Assembly (NCBI GenBank): GCA_964016885.1 | Contig: OZ024743.1 | Span: 297,166,001-297,230,000 of the forward strand | DNA: 64,000 bases | DNA from: Eledone cirrhosa | Lineage: Eukaryota | Direction: 5' to 3' | Notes under the pieces: generated by a model | Told to the model about the DNA's origin: nothing | Database searches by the model: none | What the model saw: only the letters and a program-made list of their open reading frames with translations | Position numbers and translations under genes: made by a program | Shown here: piece by piece, positions 1 to 14,007 of the stretch | Layout: every line of letters starts with the position of its first letter | Position numbering within the stretch: position 1 is the first letter of the stretch

Positions 1-192
1 AGTTTATCATGGCACCAGCACTAGAGAAGTTGTCATGTAAGCATGAATATATATATGTATAAATATATGCTGTTGCTGCTGATGATATATACATATATAT
101 AAAATGGCTGAGTGTATACACACATGCTTTTTCTCAAAATAATTCTTTTTCATTCCTTTCTTCTTCTAACTCTCTATCTTCCTCTCATTCTA

Positions 193-228
193 TCTTCTAA
201 TGAAGGACTAGTGTCTGAAGCATAAAGA
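193..228 (+). ncRNA. Decayed hammerhead ribozyme motif, same family as 17928-17963
   Basis: tctt-CTAATGA-aggac-tagt-gtct-GAAG-cata-aaga aligns with tctt-CTGATGA-aggac-tagc-gtcc-GAAA-cgtc-aaga; core mutated. Confidence 0.5.
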
Positions 229-312
229 TTCTTTCCCTTCTATATCAAGTGTTAAACTAATATATTTCTTCATTGTACAGTGTTGTTTGCTTTGTTGTTT
301 CCATTTACTTTT

Positions 313-349
<37 letters not shown>

Positions 350-387
350 GCACACACTCACACACACATATATATGCATATCTCATC

Positions 388-625
388 ATCATCATCACTC
401 AATGTCCATTTTTCCTTGTTAGTAAGAGTTGGATGTCTTATCACCAGCTAGGTCAGTATGTCAGTACTTAATTGGTGCTAATGACTCTCAGATAGGTCAG
501 GGTTGGGAGGCACATCTCATTTCATGTGGCTCCACTTCACTCATCTCAAAAATGAGTGCCATCTGTAGCAGCGTCAAGGAGATAAATTTGAGATGGACTA
601 ACATCCTCTCCAGGGAAAGAGAGGG
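388..625 (-). mobile_element. Old RTE LINE 3' remnant
   Basis: (CAT)n tail plus degenerate aatgtccatttt terminus like the other RTE tails in the window. Confidence 0.35.
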
Positions 626-654
626 GGAAATCTTCTACTCACTTTTGCTTAAAC

Positions 655-862
655 ATTAAGCATTTAAACTGGCTATATCTGGCCAGAATTATCTCACCTC
701 TTTCTGTTCAAACCGGCCATAACTGGCTGCTCATACTGATGTTAAGGTATTGTTCTCAAAATAACTAATATCAAATCTTATAGATTCGATATTATGTGAG
801 ATAAAGCCTTTACCACGAAAATACAATAGTATATATAGAGTAATGTAAATGCTAAAAGGTTA
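655..862. mobile_element. piggyBac-like MITE, diverged copy of 29110-29322
   Basis: Alignable along its length to 29110-29322; ends aatgctaaaaggTTAA. Confidence 0.5.
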
Positions 863-1121
863 ATGTCACATAATATTGGTATAAGCTCCTAAGTGATGAG
901 CCTCTGGGCTTAAGAAAACAAATTCTGCTCCTTACAAGCAGCGAAATATACCAATTTATAGTACCTATTTACAGCTGTATAGCCTGAGCTAGCAAAAATT
1001 ACCATATCATGTACTAGTCACTTTTTTTACAACTATAATACGGCATGAAAAACTAGCATGTGATTTAGCTGCTGGTCCTACAAAACCTCAATTCAAAATA
1101 TATGGTAAATTCTAAGTGTTG

Positions 1122-1323
1122 TATGAGGGTCAGTTGAAAAGTTTATAGGCTGGATATGAAGGATTGATACCAGTGCTGTGAAATATTGCATGCATTAACT
1201 TCAACTCTTCTTATTAATAAATGCATTGTTTCTTTCTAGGGAATATGTTGAAAAATAAAGCTCATTTGGTCGTTCCATGAGAGTATCTTGGTCAGCCTAT
1301 GAACGTTTCAGACAACTCTCGTA
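1122..1323. mobile_element. Tc1/mariner-type MITE
   Basis: Imperfect TIRs tatgagggtcagttgaaaagtttataggctg / cagcctatgaacgtttcagacaactctcgta with TA flanks; second copy 23993-24172. Confidence 0.65.
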
Positions 1324-1815
1324 TGTAAAATGGAGGTGTGACTTATCTACCGGTGTGACTTATACATGTGCACATATCGTAAGAGCTTAGCGATAGAAAC
1401 AGAGATTCTGTTCAGTCATATGTAGGAAATAGGTCACAAGAGAAAAGTATTTTTTTAAATGACTGGAGTATTAGTTTGAGGAAGGTATGGTCATTGGTAA
1501 AAATCTCCTGATTCTGATCATTTCTGCAAATATGTGGATTTGAAAACTTATACAACTGATGCTAGTAGCAAATAATAAAGGAAAAGTGATAAATAAATTG
1601 ATAAAGATTTATGAGTTTTGAAGGTTGTATGGGAATTACTTCTTTCCCCATCTCAATTCTGTGTGGGTGTATAATCCCCCCCCCCCGACCTATGTGTGAT
1701 ATCAAATATATGTGTGTATGTTAATGTATAACTAAGTCTTCTTATATAAACTGATTTGATTCCATATAAAGATAATCATAAATATATGAGTGTATCTCTC
1801 TCTCTCTGTATATAG

Positions 1816-1910
<95 letters not shown>

Positions 1911-2044
1911 TTTATATGACAACACAAACACAGGGATGCAAAATCCAAAAAAGTCTTATTAGTATGACACTTAGGAGGAAGTAGTGGAATATATATATAT
2001 ATATATATACATATATATATACATATATATATATATACATATAC

Positions 2045-4243
2045 GTGAGGTTTATGTGAGGTTTATGGACCGTCTTCTTCTCTGGTGACACCGATTCGCA
2101 GCAGGGATGGCAAAGAACTTCTTCGTGACTCACAGGGAATTCTACGAAGGTGGCGGGAGCACTTTGATGATCTTTTGAATCAGCCGTCTGTCGTCAGTGA
2201 AGATTTCCTCAATCTCATTCCGGAAAGTCCTGTGAAAGTAGCTCTCGCAGAGCCTCCGACACTTGTGGAGGTTGCAGTGGCTATTTCGAAGCTGAACAGT
2301 GGAAGATCTCCAGGTATGGATGGCATACATGCTGAGCTCCTACAATATGGTGGTGAGAGACTCCTGCAACATCTTCACTCTCTGTTTGGAAGGATATGGG
2401 CTAATGAATCCGTGCCTGAGGACTGGAGAGATGCAGTAATGGTGGTCTTGTAGAAGGGAAAGGGTAACAGGAATGATTGTGGGAACTACAGAGGTATATC
2501 ATTGCTTTCTGTCGTGGGGAAAGTTTTATGTAGGGTGCTTCTGGACCGTCTGCTGACACACATTGCAGATTGTGTCCTTCCTGAAAGTCAATCTGGTTTT
2601 CGTGTTGGACGCGGCACTACTGATATGATCTTCTCAGCTAGACAGCTCCAGGAGAAGTGCATTGAACAGGGCTTGGATCTGTATCAGGTTTTTGTCGATC
2701 TGACAAAGGCTTTCGATACTGTCAACAGAGATGCATTATGGAAGGTTCTCCAGAAACTTGGTTGCCCTGATAAGTTCCTTGCTTTAGTTAGGTCTTTCCA
2801 TGACGACATGAAGGCTTGGGTTAATGTCGGAGGTAACATGTCGGAGCCTATCTCAGTAAAAAATGGAGTGAAACAGGGGGATATTCCAGCACCGACCCTG
2901 TTTGCCATATACTTTGCAATGGTTTTCTGTATTGCATTCAGGAATTGCGAGCATGGTGTTTACATCCGATATCGAACCTCAGGCAGCATATTTAACATCA
3001 GGCGCTTTGCTGCGAAGACAAAAGTATTTACATCAGTCATAAGAGACCTCTTGTATGCAGATGATTGCGATCTTGTAGCGCACACAGAGAGTGATATGCA
3101 GCACATTTTGAATGTATTTTCTGACGCTTGCACTGCCCTGGGTTTGACTGTCAGTCTCAAGAAAACCGTCGTCATGTACCAACCTGCACCTGGTAGGCAG
3201 TACACTGAACCAAACATCTATGTGTATGGCAAACGACTTGGAGTGGTTGATCAGTTTGTCTACCTGGGAAGCACTGTCAATCGATACGGCAACCTTGACA
3301 GTGAAATCTCACTTAGGATTAGGAAAGCAAGTGATGCTTTCGGAAAGCTAGAAAGGCGACTCTGGGGTCGGCGAGACATATGCAGGAGGACAAAGGTAAG
3401 GGTGTACAGGGCATGTGTACTCTCTTGTCTTCTTTATGCCTGCGAGACCTGGGTCACATATCGACGCCACCTTAAGCAATTGGAGCGTTTCCATCAGATG
3501 TGTCTCAGACGGATACATGGCGTTCGCTGGAGGGACCACATCAGTGATGTCGAGATTTTGGAAAGCTCTATGTGTGACAGTATAGAAGCTCTTGTGCTTA
3601 AGCAGCGACTCCGTTGGAGTGGTCACCTTGCCAGGATGAAGGATTCTAGAATACCAAAACAACTCTTCTATGGAGAGTTGGTTAAAGGAAAACGACCGCC
3701 ACATAAACCAAAAAAGAGGTATAAGGATTCCTTGAAGGCCTCTCTGAAAGACGCTAACATCTCTGCTGATACATGGGAAAATATTGCTGCTGATCGTAAT
3801 AAATGGAGAAAGACTGTATATGAGGGAAAAGTTGCCTTTGAGGCATCTCGAATCGCACACGAGAAAGTAAAGCGGGACGTGAGGAAGGGTATTGCTGTTG
3901 CACTTCCAGACGGCGAGGGTCCTCCTATGTTTCTGACATGCAGCGTCTGTGCGAGACTCTGCCTAAGCAAAGCTGGACTCGAAAGTCATCTTCGCAGTCA
4001 TAAAGTAAGACCAGTGGTTGACTACCAGGCTGCTGTTGGAGATGCTACTCATCATGCTTGCCAAACATGTGGTAGAGAATGTAAATCAGCAGGAGGACTC
4101 AAGCGACATGCAAAAGTACACGAACTCCAACCACAGCCGACTATTCCCAGTAAATGTTTTGGTTGCCGACTCTGTGCAAGACATTTTGGATCATTGGCTG
4201 GGCTAAAAAGCCACATTCGATCGCAGCACTGTTAGTTGCTATC

Positions 4244-4283
<40 letters not shown>

Positions 4284-4362
4284 GCTTATGTGCGTGCGTG
4301 TGTGTGTATATATATATGAATATGTATATTATTATTGTTGTTGTCGTTATTATTATTATTGC

Positions 4363-4429
<67 letters not shown>

Positions 4430-4497
4430 TTTTTTTTTTTTTTGTTTTTTTTTTGTGCAATGGCCATACTCGATAACGAGGGGGCAGCCATCATATA
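2045..4497 (+). mobile_element. 5'-truncated RTE (BovB-like) LINE with three C-terminal C2H2 zinc fingers
   Basis: RT ORF plus 3' terminus gcaatggccatactcgataacgagggggcagccatc (about 4457-4491); 3' UTR split by microsatellites; embedded in (TA)n. Confidence 0.9.
2058..4235 (+). pseudogene. RTE reverse transcriptase ORF with a single premature stop
   Basis: ORFs 2085-2453 and 2502-4235 are in one frame, separated by TAG at 2451-2453 (VVL*KGKG, expected Y). Motifs FVDLTKAFDTV, GVKQG, LLYADD, FVYLGS, LRWSGH; three CxxC..HxxxH fingers. Confidence 0.9.
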
Positions 4498-5133
4498 TGT
4501 AAGTATGTATGTATATGTGTATATATGTATGTATGTATATATGTATGTATATGTATATGTGTATGTATGTGTATATGTATGTATATGTATATATGTATGT
4601 ATATATGTATGTATGTGTATATGTATGTATATGTGTGTATGTATATGTATGTATGTATGTATATGTGTGTATGTATATGTATGTATATGTGTATATGTAT
4701 GTGTATGTATGTATATGTATGTATGTATGTATATGTATGTATGTATATGTGTGTATGTATATGTATATGTATGTATGTATATGTGTATGTATGTGTATAT
4801 GTATGTATGTATATATGTATGTATGTATATGTGTATGTATGTATATATGTATGTATGTGTATATGTATGTATGTATATGTGTATGTATGTATATATGTAT
4901 GTATGTGTATATGTATGTATGTGTGTGTATGTATATATATATATGTATGTATATGTGTGTATGTATATATATGTGTGTATGTATGTATGTGTGTATGTAT
5001 GTATGTGTGTGTGTATGTATGTATATGTATGTATGTATGTATATATATATATGTATGTATGTATATATATATGTATATATGCGTGTATGTGTGTGTATAT
5101 GTATATGTACGTGTATGTATATATGCATGTATA
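4244..5133. repeat. Compound microsatellite (GT)n/(TAT)n/(TATG)n
   Basis: Direct reading; contains the short RTE terminus at about 4457-4491. Confidence 0.95.
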
Positions 5134-5434
5134 TGCCGGGAGAGATGACCCCTTAGCCTTTGTCAAGGCAGAATTCTAGGAGAAGGAAAACTCTGATATA
5201 ACACCTGCAACCCTGATGGTATCCAATGATGTTGACCTGTTCTTCTTTTTGGTAAATATCATCTTGGTTAAGAGAGTGGGACTGGCTTTGTGCAGTGCCT
5301 TTGCTCACTATAAAAGCTTCACAGCACAGGCATTGCTTTATATCTGGAGATCTCTCTGCACTTGTCATCACATGGTACCATGGGCCCTGCACTATGTGTC
5401 AATAATGGTCACAAGTGTAGTCTTTATACCAGAG

Positions 5435-5545
5435 TTTTCAAGTCGCTGGCTGGACTAAAGTCACATTCGTTCAGCGCATCGGTAGGGGTTCTCCTACATG
5501 GATATAAAGTAGTGGCCGTACTCGAAAACGAGTTGGCAGCCACCA
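5435..5545 (+). mobile_element. Diverged 3' end of the same zinc-finger RTE family
   Basis: tcgctggctggactaaagtcacat (SLAGLKSH) and gtggccgtactcgaaaacgagttggcagccacc match 4191-4215 and 4460-4491. Confidence 0.7.
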
Positions 5546-5550
5546 TATAC

Positions 5551-5586
<36 letters not shown>

Positions 5587-5939
5587 ATGATGATGATGAT
5601 GATCTATATGAAAATATATACATGCATAGATTATACATATATACATATATGCATGCACATGCATATATGTATGTGTGTAATCCTGTTAATATAACACTCA
5701 TCTATGTTTTTATATATAACGTCTGTACACATGAATGACACTTGAGCAAGCAGAAATGACCTTCAACTATCTACCTCTTGTACAAAGTGACCAGGCTGCT
5801 AGCATATCCAATAATAAGAAAGCATTCATACAGGTACCTACATACAATCATACATACATACATACGTGCATGCATGCATGCATATACATACATAAATACA
5901 TACATACATGCATGCATATGCATACATACATGCATACAT

Positions 5940-6000
<61 letters not shown>

Positions 6001-6875
6001 CATACATTAATACATAGTTATATCCTCATCATCATCATCATTATATACATAAATATATTCATAAGTATGTATATACATACATATATACACACACATACAT
6101 ATACATACATACAATTATGCATACATGCATATATACACACTTACAATTATGCATACATACATGCATACATACACACATACACACACACATACATACATAA
6201 ATAAAATTATACATGCATACATACATACATGCATACATACATACACACACACACACACATACATACATACAAACATACATACATACAGACATACATACAT
6301 ACATACAGACAGACAGACAGACATAATTTTCCTCACCATGTGATCCAACAATCTCTGATGAATGCTGAAATCCCATTAATCATATGAAAAAAGGTATCTA
6401 ATGTTTATGTAAGAACCTTTAAATGATGTTGCAAACATGAGCTTAATAACCAGAAAGTTAGTTATACTACTACCCACTGCTCAATAGATTTTTGATTATT
6501 TTCAAAATTATTTTAGAATCATAGGCAGTGTTTTTCATGACATATAGAATCAAAAGTTAAACACGTTATTTATTCCACAAAATAAACCCATACTTACTTA
6601 AAACACACACACACATATCTAATCTAACTCTATTTACAGCAAACGAAGAAGAAATTAATTAGATGTAGAATTAAAATTGGAATTGATAAGTGATTTTTTG
6701 GTGGAATAGTCTTTGAAAAATTGAATTTCAAAGATATAAAAGCCATTTATTTAAAATTCTCATATTTCATCTATAATTATTGCAGTTATAATTCTTCTCT
6801 CTTCCTCCTTCTATCACTATATATGCATATATATGTATATAAATGTGTATATATATATATATATTATATATTATT

Positions 6876-7109
<234 letters not shown>

Positions 7110-7639
7110 GATGATGTTGATATGTGTTTGTGTGGGAGTGTGTGTGTGTATGTGTGTGTGTTTATATTTATATAGATAAGGGGGTGTATATATGAGTGGG
7201 TGTATTTTGGTGGATAAATAATGTTCTTAGCTCTTCCACTACTAAATTTCTCATGAAAAACACTGCCTGTGATTTTGAAATAAATTTGAATGTAATAAAA
7301 CATTGTGTGCTTTTATGTGAGTGTTTGTGTAACAGTAGATATGCATTCATAGAATATACATATTACCACACACACAAACACAGCATAAACACACATACAC
7401 ACAGACAGACATACAAATATATACATATATTTGGTGGTGTGTATACCTTCAGAATGCTTTGTAAGTCATCCAAGCATAATTAGATATCAAATAATTTATA
7501 CATTTTCAACATACACACACTCATACATACATACCTACATACATACCTACCTACCTACATACATACATACCTATAGACATACCTACATACATACCTACAT
7601 ACATACATACATATATACATACATACATACATACATACC

Positions 7640-7830
7640 CGCTTGGACCAAAGTATGACTGAACTTGGATTTGCGGACAAAAAGCGCAGCTCCCTAATTC
7701 ATAGTCTACAAATGGCTGCAATAGCTGGCACCTTCAAAATTTGCAAAACATTCTTGCGATTCAAGGGATGACAATTTCTTTTCTTTTACAACCTTGCCAC
7801 CAGGAAGGTGGCCGGTCAAAAAAATATACT
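7640..7830 (+). mobile_element. C-terminal remnant of an RLE-type (R2-group) non-LTR retrotransposon
   Basis: Translates LIHSLQMAAIAGTFKICKTFLRFKG*, resembling the LQKxxLLGTxxIxR terminus of RLE elements. Confidence 0.45.
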
Positions 7831-7853
7831 CGAAATTAAGAGAAAGAGAAAAT

Positions 7854-7886
<33 letters not shown>

Positions 7887-7915
7887 CATACATACCTACC
7901 TACCTACATACATAC

Positions 7916-7947
<32 letters not shown>

Positions 7948-8069
7948 GGGAGATAGATAGATAGATAGATAGATTGATAGACCAGTAGATAGATACACAC
8001 TTTTTAATACACACGCTCACACATATACCACCAATACACACCAGTTCATACACACATGTATACATATAT

Positions 8070-8130
8070 ATAATTGTTTCTACTTTTGACACAAGACCAG
8101 CAATTATCCCAGTGTATTACTGGTACTATA
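8070..8130 (-). mobile_element. 3' fragment of tRNA-derived SINE
   Basis: aattgtttctacttttgacacaag...ttactggtact matches 42113-42170. Confidence 0.7.
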
Positions 8131-8258
8131 GCTATATTATAATGCTTTCTTTATAATGATATTTCCTTTTTATATTTTTTCACTATTTTTCACCTGGCAA
8201 ATTATTTTCTCATATCAGTTTGATTGTAACTCATCTTTATGCACACACACACACACAC

Positions 8259-8302
<44 letters not shown>

Positions 8303-8449
8303 ACATACATATATAGATGTGTGTGTATGTGTGTGTAGTGTGGTAATTGAATTTTATACTGGCCTGAATCTTTGGACTGTGTTTTATATTAAAATATTGA
8401 CTGGTGATGCATGGAAAATGAATGCATACTCACCAACACACACACACAG

Positions 8450-8485
<36 letters not shown>

Positions 8486-8525
8486 CTTTACAGTTGTGAA
8501 CTGGGCCTGGCTCAGGCGTAAGGAA

Positions 8526-8558
<33 letters not shown>

Positions 8559-8611
8559 GTAGAATAATCGAGTATCGAAAAATCGGCGCACGAGTTCACG
8601 ATAAACAAAAT

Positions 8612-8645
<34 letters not shown>

Positions 8646-8676
8646 AGTATATATTTATATATATATATTTATATAA

Positions 8677-8727
<51 letters not shown>

Positions 8728-8737
8728 TATATATTGA

Positions 8738-8771
<34 letters not shown>

Positions 8772-8777
8772 AGTATA

Positions 8778-8819
<42 letters not shown>

Positions 8820-8823
<4 letters not shown>

Positions 8824-8950
8824 CAGCCGTAGAAAACCCACCAGACAGTTCCTGAGCAAGACAACCAATCTTGCCTCAAGTGGGACAATTCCCGTCCAGA
8901 CCCATGCTAGCGTGGAAAGTTGAACGATGAGGATGATGATGATGATGATG
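8820..8950 (+). mobile_element. RTE family A-related 3' tail
   Basis: catccagccgtagaaaac...tcttgcctcaagtggga...(GAT)n as in 15500-15633. Confidence 0.75.
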
Positions 8951-8969
8951 ATATATATATATAAGTATA

Positions 8970-9030
<61 letters not shown>

Positions 9031-9037
9031 ATATATA

Positions 9038-9077
<40 letters not shown>

Positions 9078-9087
9078 CATATATATA

Positions 9088-9409
9088 CGGGTACAAGCCG
9101 AAGCTGAAGCATATAGACAATATGCCCCACACCCTCCCCCACTGCAAAGAAGTCGTGGAGGTGCCACGGCAAAAAAGCACCCAGCCTACACTGTAAAGTG
9201 GACGTCACGGAAAAAAAGCACCCAGCACTCACTGTAAATGAGGTTGGTGTTAGGAAGGGCATCCAGCTGTAGAAATCAAGCCAGAATCAGTTCACGTATG
9301 AGCAAGACAAGGTCAGCCGACCGGACACTGCCAACAACAGAACAACCCGTCTAACCCACGCTAGCGTGGAAGAATGGACATATAACGGTGATGATGATGA
9401 TGATGATGA

Positions 9410-9412
<3 letters not shown>
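9088..9412 (+). mobile_element. RTE family B 3' UTR
   Basis: Near match to 44207-44530; (GAT)n tail. Confidence 0.85.
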
Positions 9413-9444
<32 letters not shown>

Positions 9445-9848
9445 CTTATATATATAATACAACATTATATATATCTGTGCCTGTGTGTGCATATGTGTAT
9501 ATGTAGATATGTCAAATGTATATCGTATACACAAGACTGTCAAATTTTTATTCAACTGTTCACAATTCAATTTGTCATAACCCTAATAAAATGTATTTTA
9601 ATTAGTTATTGAGCTAATGTGATAAGGGAGTTAAGATCTGTCATGTGAACTACTGATCTATCTATCTATCTATCTCTCTGTATATGAGTGTGTATGTTTG
9701 TGTGTGTGTATGTTTGTGTGTGTGTATGTTTGTGTGTGTGTGTATGTCATTCAACTCAAAAGTTACACTCAAATTTCTCACAGAGGTAGACACTTAAATA
9801 CACAATGACACTCACACACAGACACACACACATGCACACACACATATA

Positions 9849-9910
<62 letters not shown>

Positions 9911-9914
<4 letters not shown>

Positions 9915-10104
9915 AACAAGTATGACCCCGACGGCAGAGCTCAAGCCATTTCGACGGCTAATTCTGGAGTCCAGAATTAGCCGTTGAAATGGCTTGAGCT
10001 CTGCCGTCGGGGTCATACTTGTTCCTATTACCTACTCTACTACTCTAAGTATTGAGTACTTTGGTGCGTTATGGTCCATCTGGTTCCTTACCACATTTCC
10101 TTCG

Positions 10105-10106
<2 letters not shown>
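9911..10106. mobile_element. Fold-back insert in (TA)n, probably a PLE terminus
   Basis: Near-perfect palindrome 9911-10027 centred near 9969; related single-arm copies at 15856-15972 and 19667-19730. Confidence 0.65.
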
Positions 10107-10166
<60 letters not shown>

Positions 10167-10239
10167 TTATACATACACTCAATCACATTCATACATATAT
10201 ACATGTGTATGTGTTTGTGTGTGTGAGTAGGAGTTATAT

Positions 10240-10276
<37 letters not shown>

Positions 10277-10278
<2 letters not shown>

Positions 10279-10629
10279 AAGAAAAAGGGATGAAATCGAA
10301 AATGCAACTGAAGTCTTATTTTTTAAAAAAAATATATATATTTATTTGGTTCCTTTACCGGTTTCGCAGTTCTTCTGCTTTTCAAAAGGTGAGTTGAGAT
10401 GGAGGGTCTGTGGTTTTTCTCAGATGTGAGAAAAACCACAGACACACCGTCTCAACTCTACTTTTGAAAAGCAGAAGAACTGCGAAACCGGTAAAGGAAC
10501 CAAATAAATATATATATTTTAAAAAAAAATAAGACTTCAGTTGCATTTTCGATTTCATCCCTTTTTCTTTATACTTCCACTCGTGTAGGACACCTCGGTT
10601 ATTTTTCATTTTGTAAAAAAAAACCTCAC

Positions 10630-10632
<3 letters not shown>
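10277..10632. mobile_element. Fold-back PLE-terminus insert carrying a variant hammerhead in each arm
   Basis: About 145-bp arms 10277-10420 and 10426-10571 are reverse complements; (TA)n on both sides. Confidence 0.75.
10461..10496 (+). ncRNA. Minimal type-I hammerhead, U3-A8 core variant
   Basis: ctt-TTGAAAA-GCAG-aagaa-CTGC-GAAA-CCG-GTA-aag; palindromic stem III ACCGGT; antisense twin at about 10353-10388. Confidence 0.65.
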
Positions 10633-10676
<44 letters not shown>

Positions 10677-11310
10677 TATATGTATATATATGTGTATATA
10701 TATATATATGTGCATATATATATATATATATACAGACACACACATAAAAATTATATATACATATTATATGTGTAAAAGACACATGTGTATCTGTGTGATA
10801 ATATAATAAAAGATAAATTTTGACGACATACTTGAATGGATCTCTCCTGTTGCTCTCCAAAAATCTTCCTAGGCTTTTTTCTCTTCCACTCTTACTGAGA
10901 ACAAACACTTTTCTCCTTTCTCTTTCTTGGGAGAATTCCTCCTGTTTTTGCTAGAGTTACACTTCCTGTTATTCTTTCACATGTGCAACTATTTACTCAT
11001 CCTTCCACTGTCGTTTTAACACTCTCCTTTAAAGAAATCACCTCCTCCCACACATCTTTCTACTCACCCTATTACTTCCACACATATATATGTATATATG
11101 CACATATGTGTGCATACATGCATACATGCATACATAGATATACACACACACTCTATCCATTTGCCTATCTCTGTCTTTATTTCTGTCTCTATCTCTTTGA
11201 CTATCTGCCCCCCCCCCCCCTCACACACATATATATATATATTCACACACACTTTTACACACACATACATACATACATACACACACACATACTCATGTAT
11301 ATTTACATAA

Positions 11311-11342
<32 letters not shown>

Positions 11343-11916
11343 TCACAAACACATTTACACACACACATACACACATACTCATATATATATATATCTTCAT
11401 CCATCTTATTCTTGGTTTTCTTTTCCTCTCTTTCCCTCCATCTCTCTTCCTTTCTCTGTAATTTTATTCATTTATTTAAATATTCCCTTTGATTGTGTTT
11501 GTGTTTAATTATGTTGTTGATTTTTAGTGGGTAGGGAAATAGATGGTGGGGAGGGAGCCTCTTACCTTCCTCGTAAGCTTTCTGTCCTTATGTAAGTTTT
11601 TCTCTTGGTCTTAGTTTATACCACAATTTTGTGGCATTGCTTCTCCTCCACATCACCCTACATCTGTATTCTCCTCTATATCTCTCTCTCTGACTGGCTC
11701 TCTCTATCTATTTACCCATCTCTATCTGTCTTTCTGTCTTTCTGTCTTTATCCCTATGAAAATCTGTCCCTCTCTCCCTCTCTCTCTATCTTTTCTCTGT
11801 CTCTCTCCCTCTATCTCTCTCTGTCTGTCTCTGTCCATCTATTTGCCTATCTCTATCTATCTTTCTGTCTCTATCCCTTTGACTATCTGCCACCCCCTCT
11901 CTCTCTCTCTATCTCT

Positions 11917-11947
<31 letters not shown>

Positions 11948-12312
11948 ATCTCTCTATCTATTTGCCTATCTCTATATCCCAGTATTTGTGTCCCTAATCT
12001 TTCTATGTTTCTGTTTCTATCTACCAATTTGTCTCTGTCTTCTATATCTCTCACTATCTCTCTCTCACTATCTCTCTCTCTCGCTATATATATATATATA
12101 TAATCATCATCATCATCATCATCCCTCTCTCTCTTTTTCATTCTCTTTCTCCACCTCACTCTCTCTCTCTCTCCCACACACACACTCTCTCTCTCCCACA
12201 CACACATACTCTCTCTCACTCTCTACCACAAACACATACTCTCTCTCTCTCTCTCTCTATCTCCCACACACATATACTCTCTCTCTCTCTCACTCTCTAC
12301 CACACACACACG

Positions 12313-12347
<35 letters not shown>

Positions 12348-12621
12348 AAATTATTTAGTTTGCTGGAGAGAGGCACTATTGCACTACTCCATTATTAGCT
12401 GATGTAGTGATAGTGGCAGCATCAGCTGCAACAGTTACAGCAGCATCAGCAACAGCAACAGCAACAGCAGCACAAGCAACAGTAGTAGCAGTAGTAGCAG
12501 CAGTAGCAGCAGTAGTGGTGGTAATAATAATGGCAGAGATGGTATTGCAGGCAGAGGACATGCTGCTGATGGGTACCTCGGACAACATGTATGTAGGCGG
12601 TTGTGATTCAGACCTCATGGA

Positions 12622-12778
12622 TATACACACACCAACACACACACACACACACACACACAAATACACTGACATACACATGCACACACACACACACATAAAT
12701 ACTCTGACATATACACGCACACACACACACACATAAATACACTGACATACACATGCACACACACACACAAATACACTG

Positions 12779-12809
<31 letters not shown>

Positions 12810-13207
12810 TACACTGACATACACATGCACACACACACACACATAAATACTCTGACATATACACGCACACACACACACACACAAATACACTGACATACAC
12901 ACGCACATACACACACACATAAATACACTGACATACACATACACACACACACATAAATACACTGACATACACACACACATAAATACACTGACATACACAT
13001 GCACACACACACACACACATAAATACACTGGCATACACACGTGCACACACACACACACACATAAATACACTGACATACACACGTGCACACACACACACAT
13101 AAATACACTGACATACACACGCACACACACACACAAATACACTGACATACACACGCACATACACACACACATAAATACACTGACATACACATGCACACAC
13201 ACACATA
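12622..13207. repeat. Minisatellite of about 35-45 bp units aaatacactgacatacac(ac)n
   Basis: About 14 copies of aaatacactgacata separated by variable CA runs. Confidence 0.9.
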
Positions 13208-13337
13208 AACTTCACATTTGATAATGAATTGTATTAATTTTCAAATATATCTACATACATGCACACACACGTATGTAGATAGATACACACATACACAGGC
13301 ATGCACGTTTGTATGTGTATGTTTAAATATATAATAC

Positions 13338-13533
<196 letters not shown>

Positions 13534-13596
13534 TGATATATATATATTATATATACATATATATATATATATATATACATATATATATACATATAT

Positions 13597-14007
13597 ATAA
13601 GATCAAAAGATGGTTAAAGGAGTTCCATATATTTTATTATGCGCATTTCAAAAACAAACATCATCAAGCAATAATATTTGTGTTTTCATCAGATAAAACA
13701 GGAGAACATGATATGAAGGCTAAAAAACACTTGTTGATAGTGCAGTTTTAAATCAACATATTAAACTGCACTATCAACAAGTGTTTTTTAGCCTTCATAT
13801 CATGTTCTCCTGTTTTATCTGATGAAAACACAAATATTATTGCTTGATGATGTTTGTTTTTGAAATGCGCATAATAAAATATATGGAACTCCTTTAACCA
13901 TCTTTTGATCTTATATTATGCATACTCCAGTCCCACAAACTGTAGAGTGCTTCTTATCCGATATCTGCATTGCTTTATTGTACTACAATAAAACTCACCT
14001 CCTACAT

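Noticed and set aside
2451-2453. Stop-codon readthrough in the RTE ORF
   Set aside because: One substitution from a conserved Tyr codon in a truncated copy; ordinary nonsense mutation
12622-13207. Repeat-spacer look resembling a CRISPR array
   Set aside because: Spacers are only CA runs, context is eukaryotic, no cas genes; it is a minisatellite
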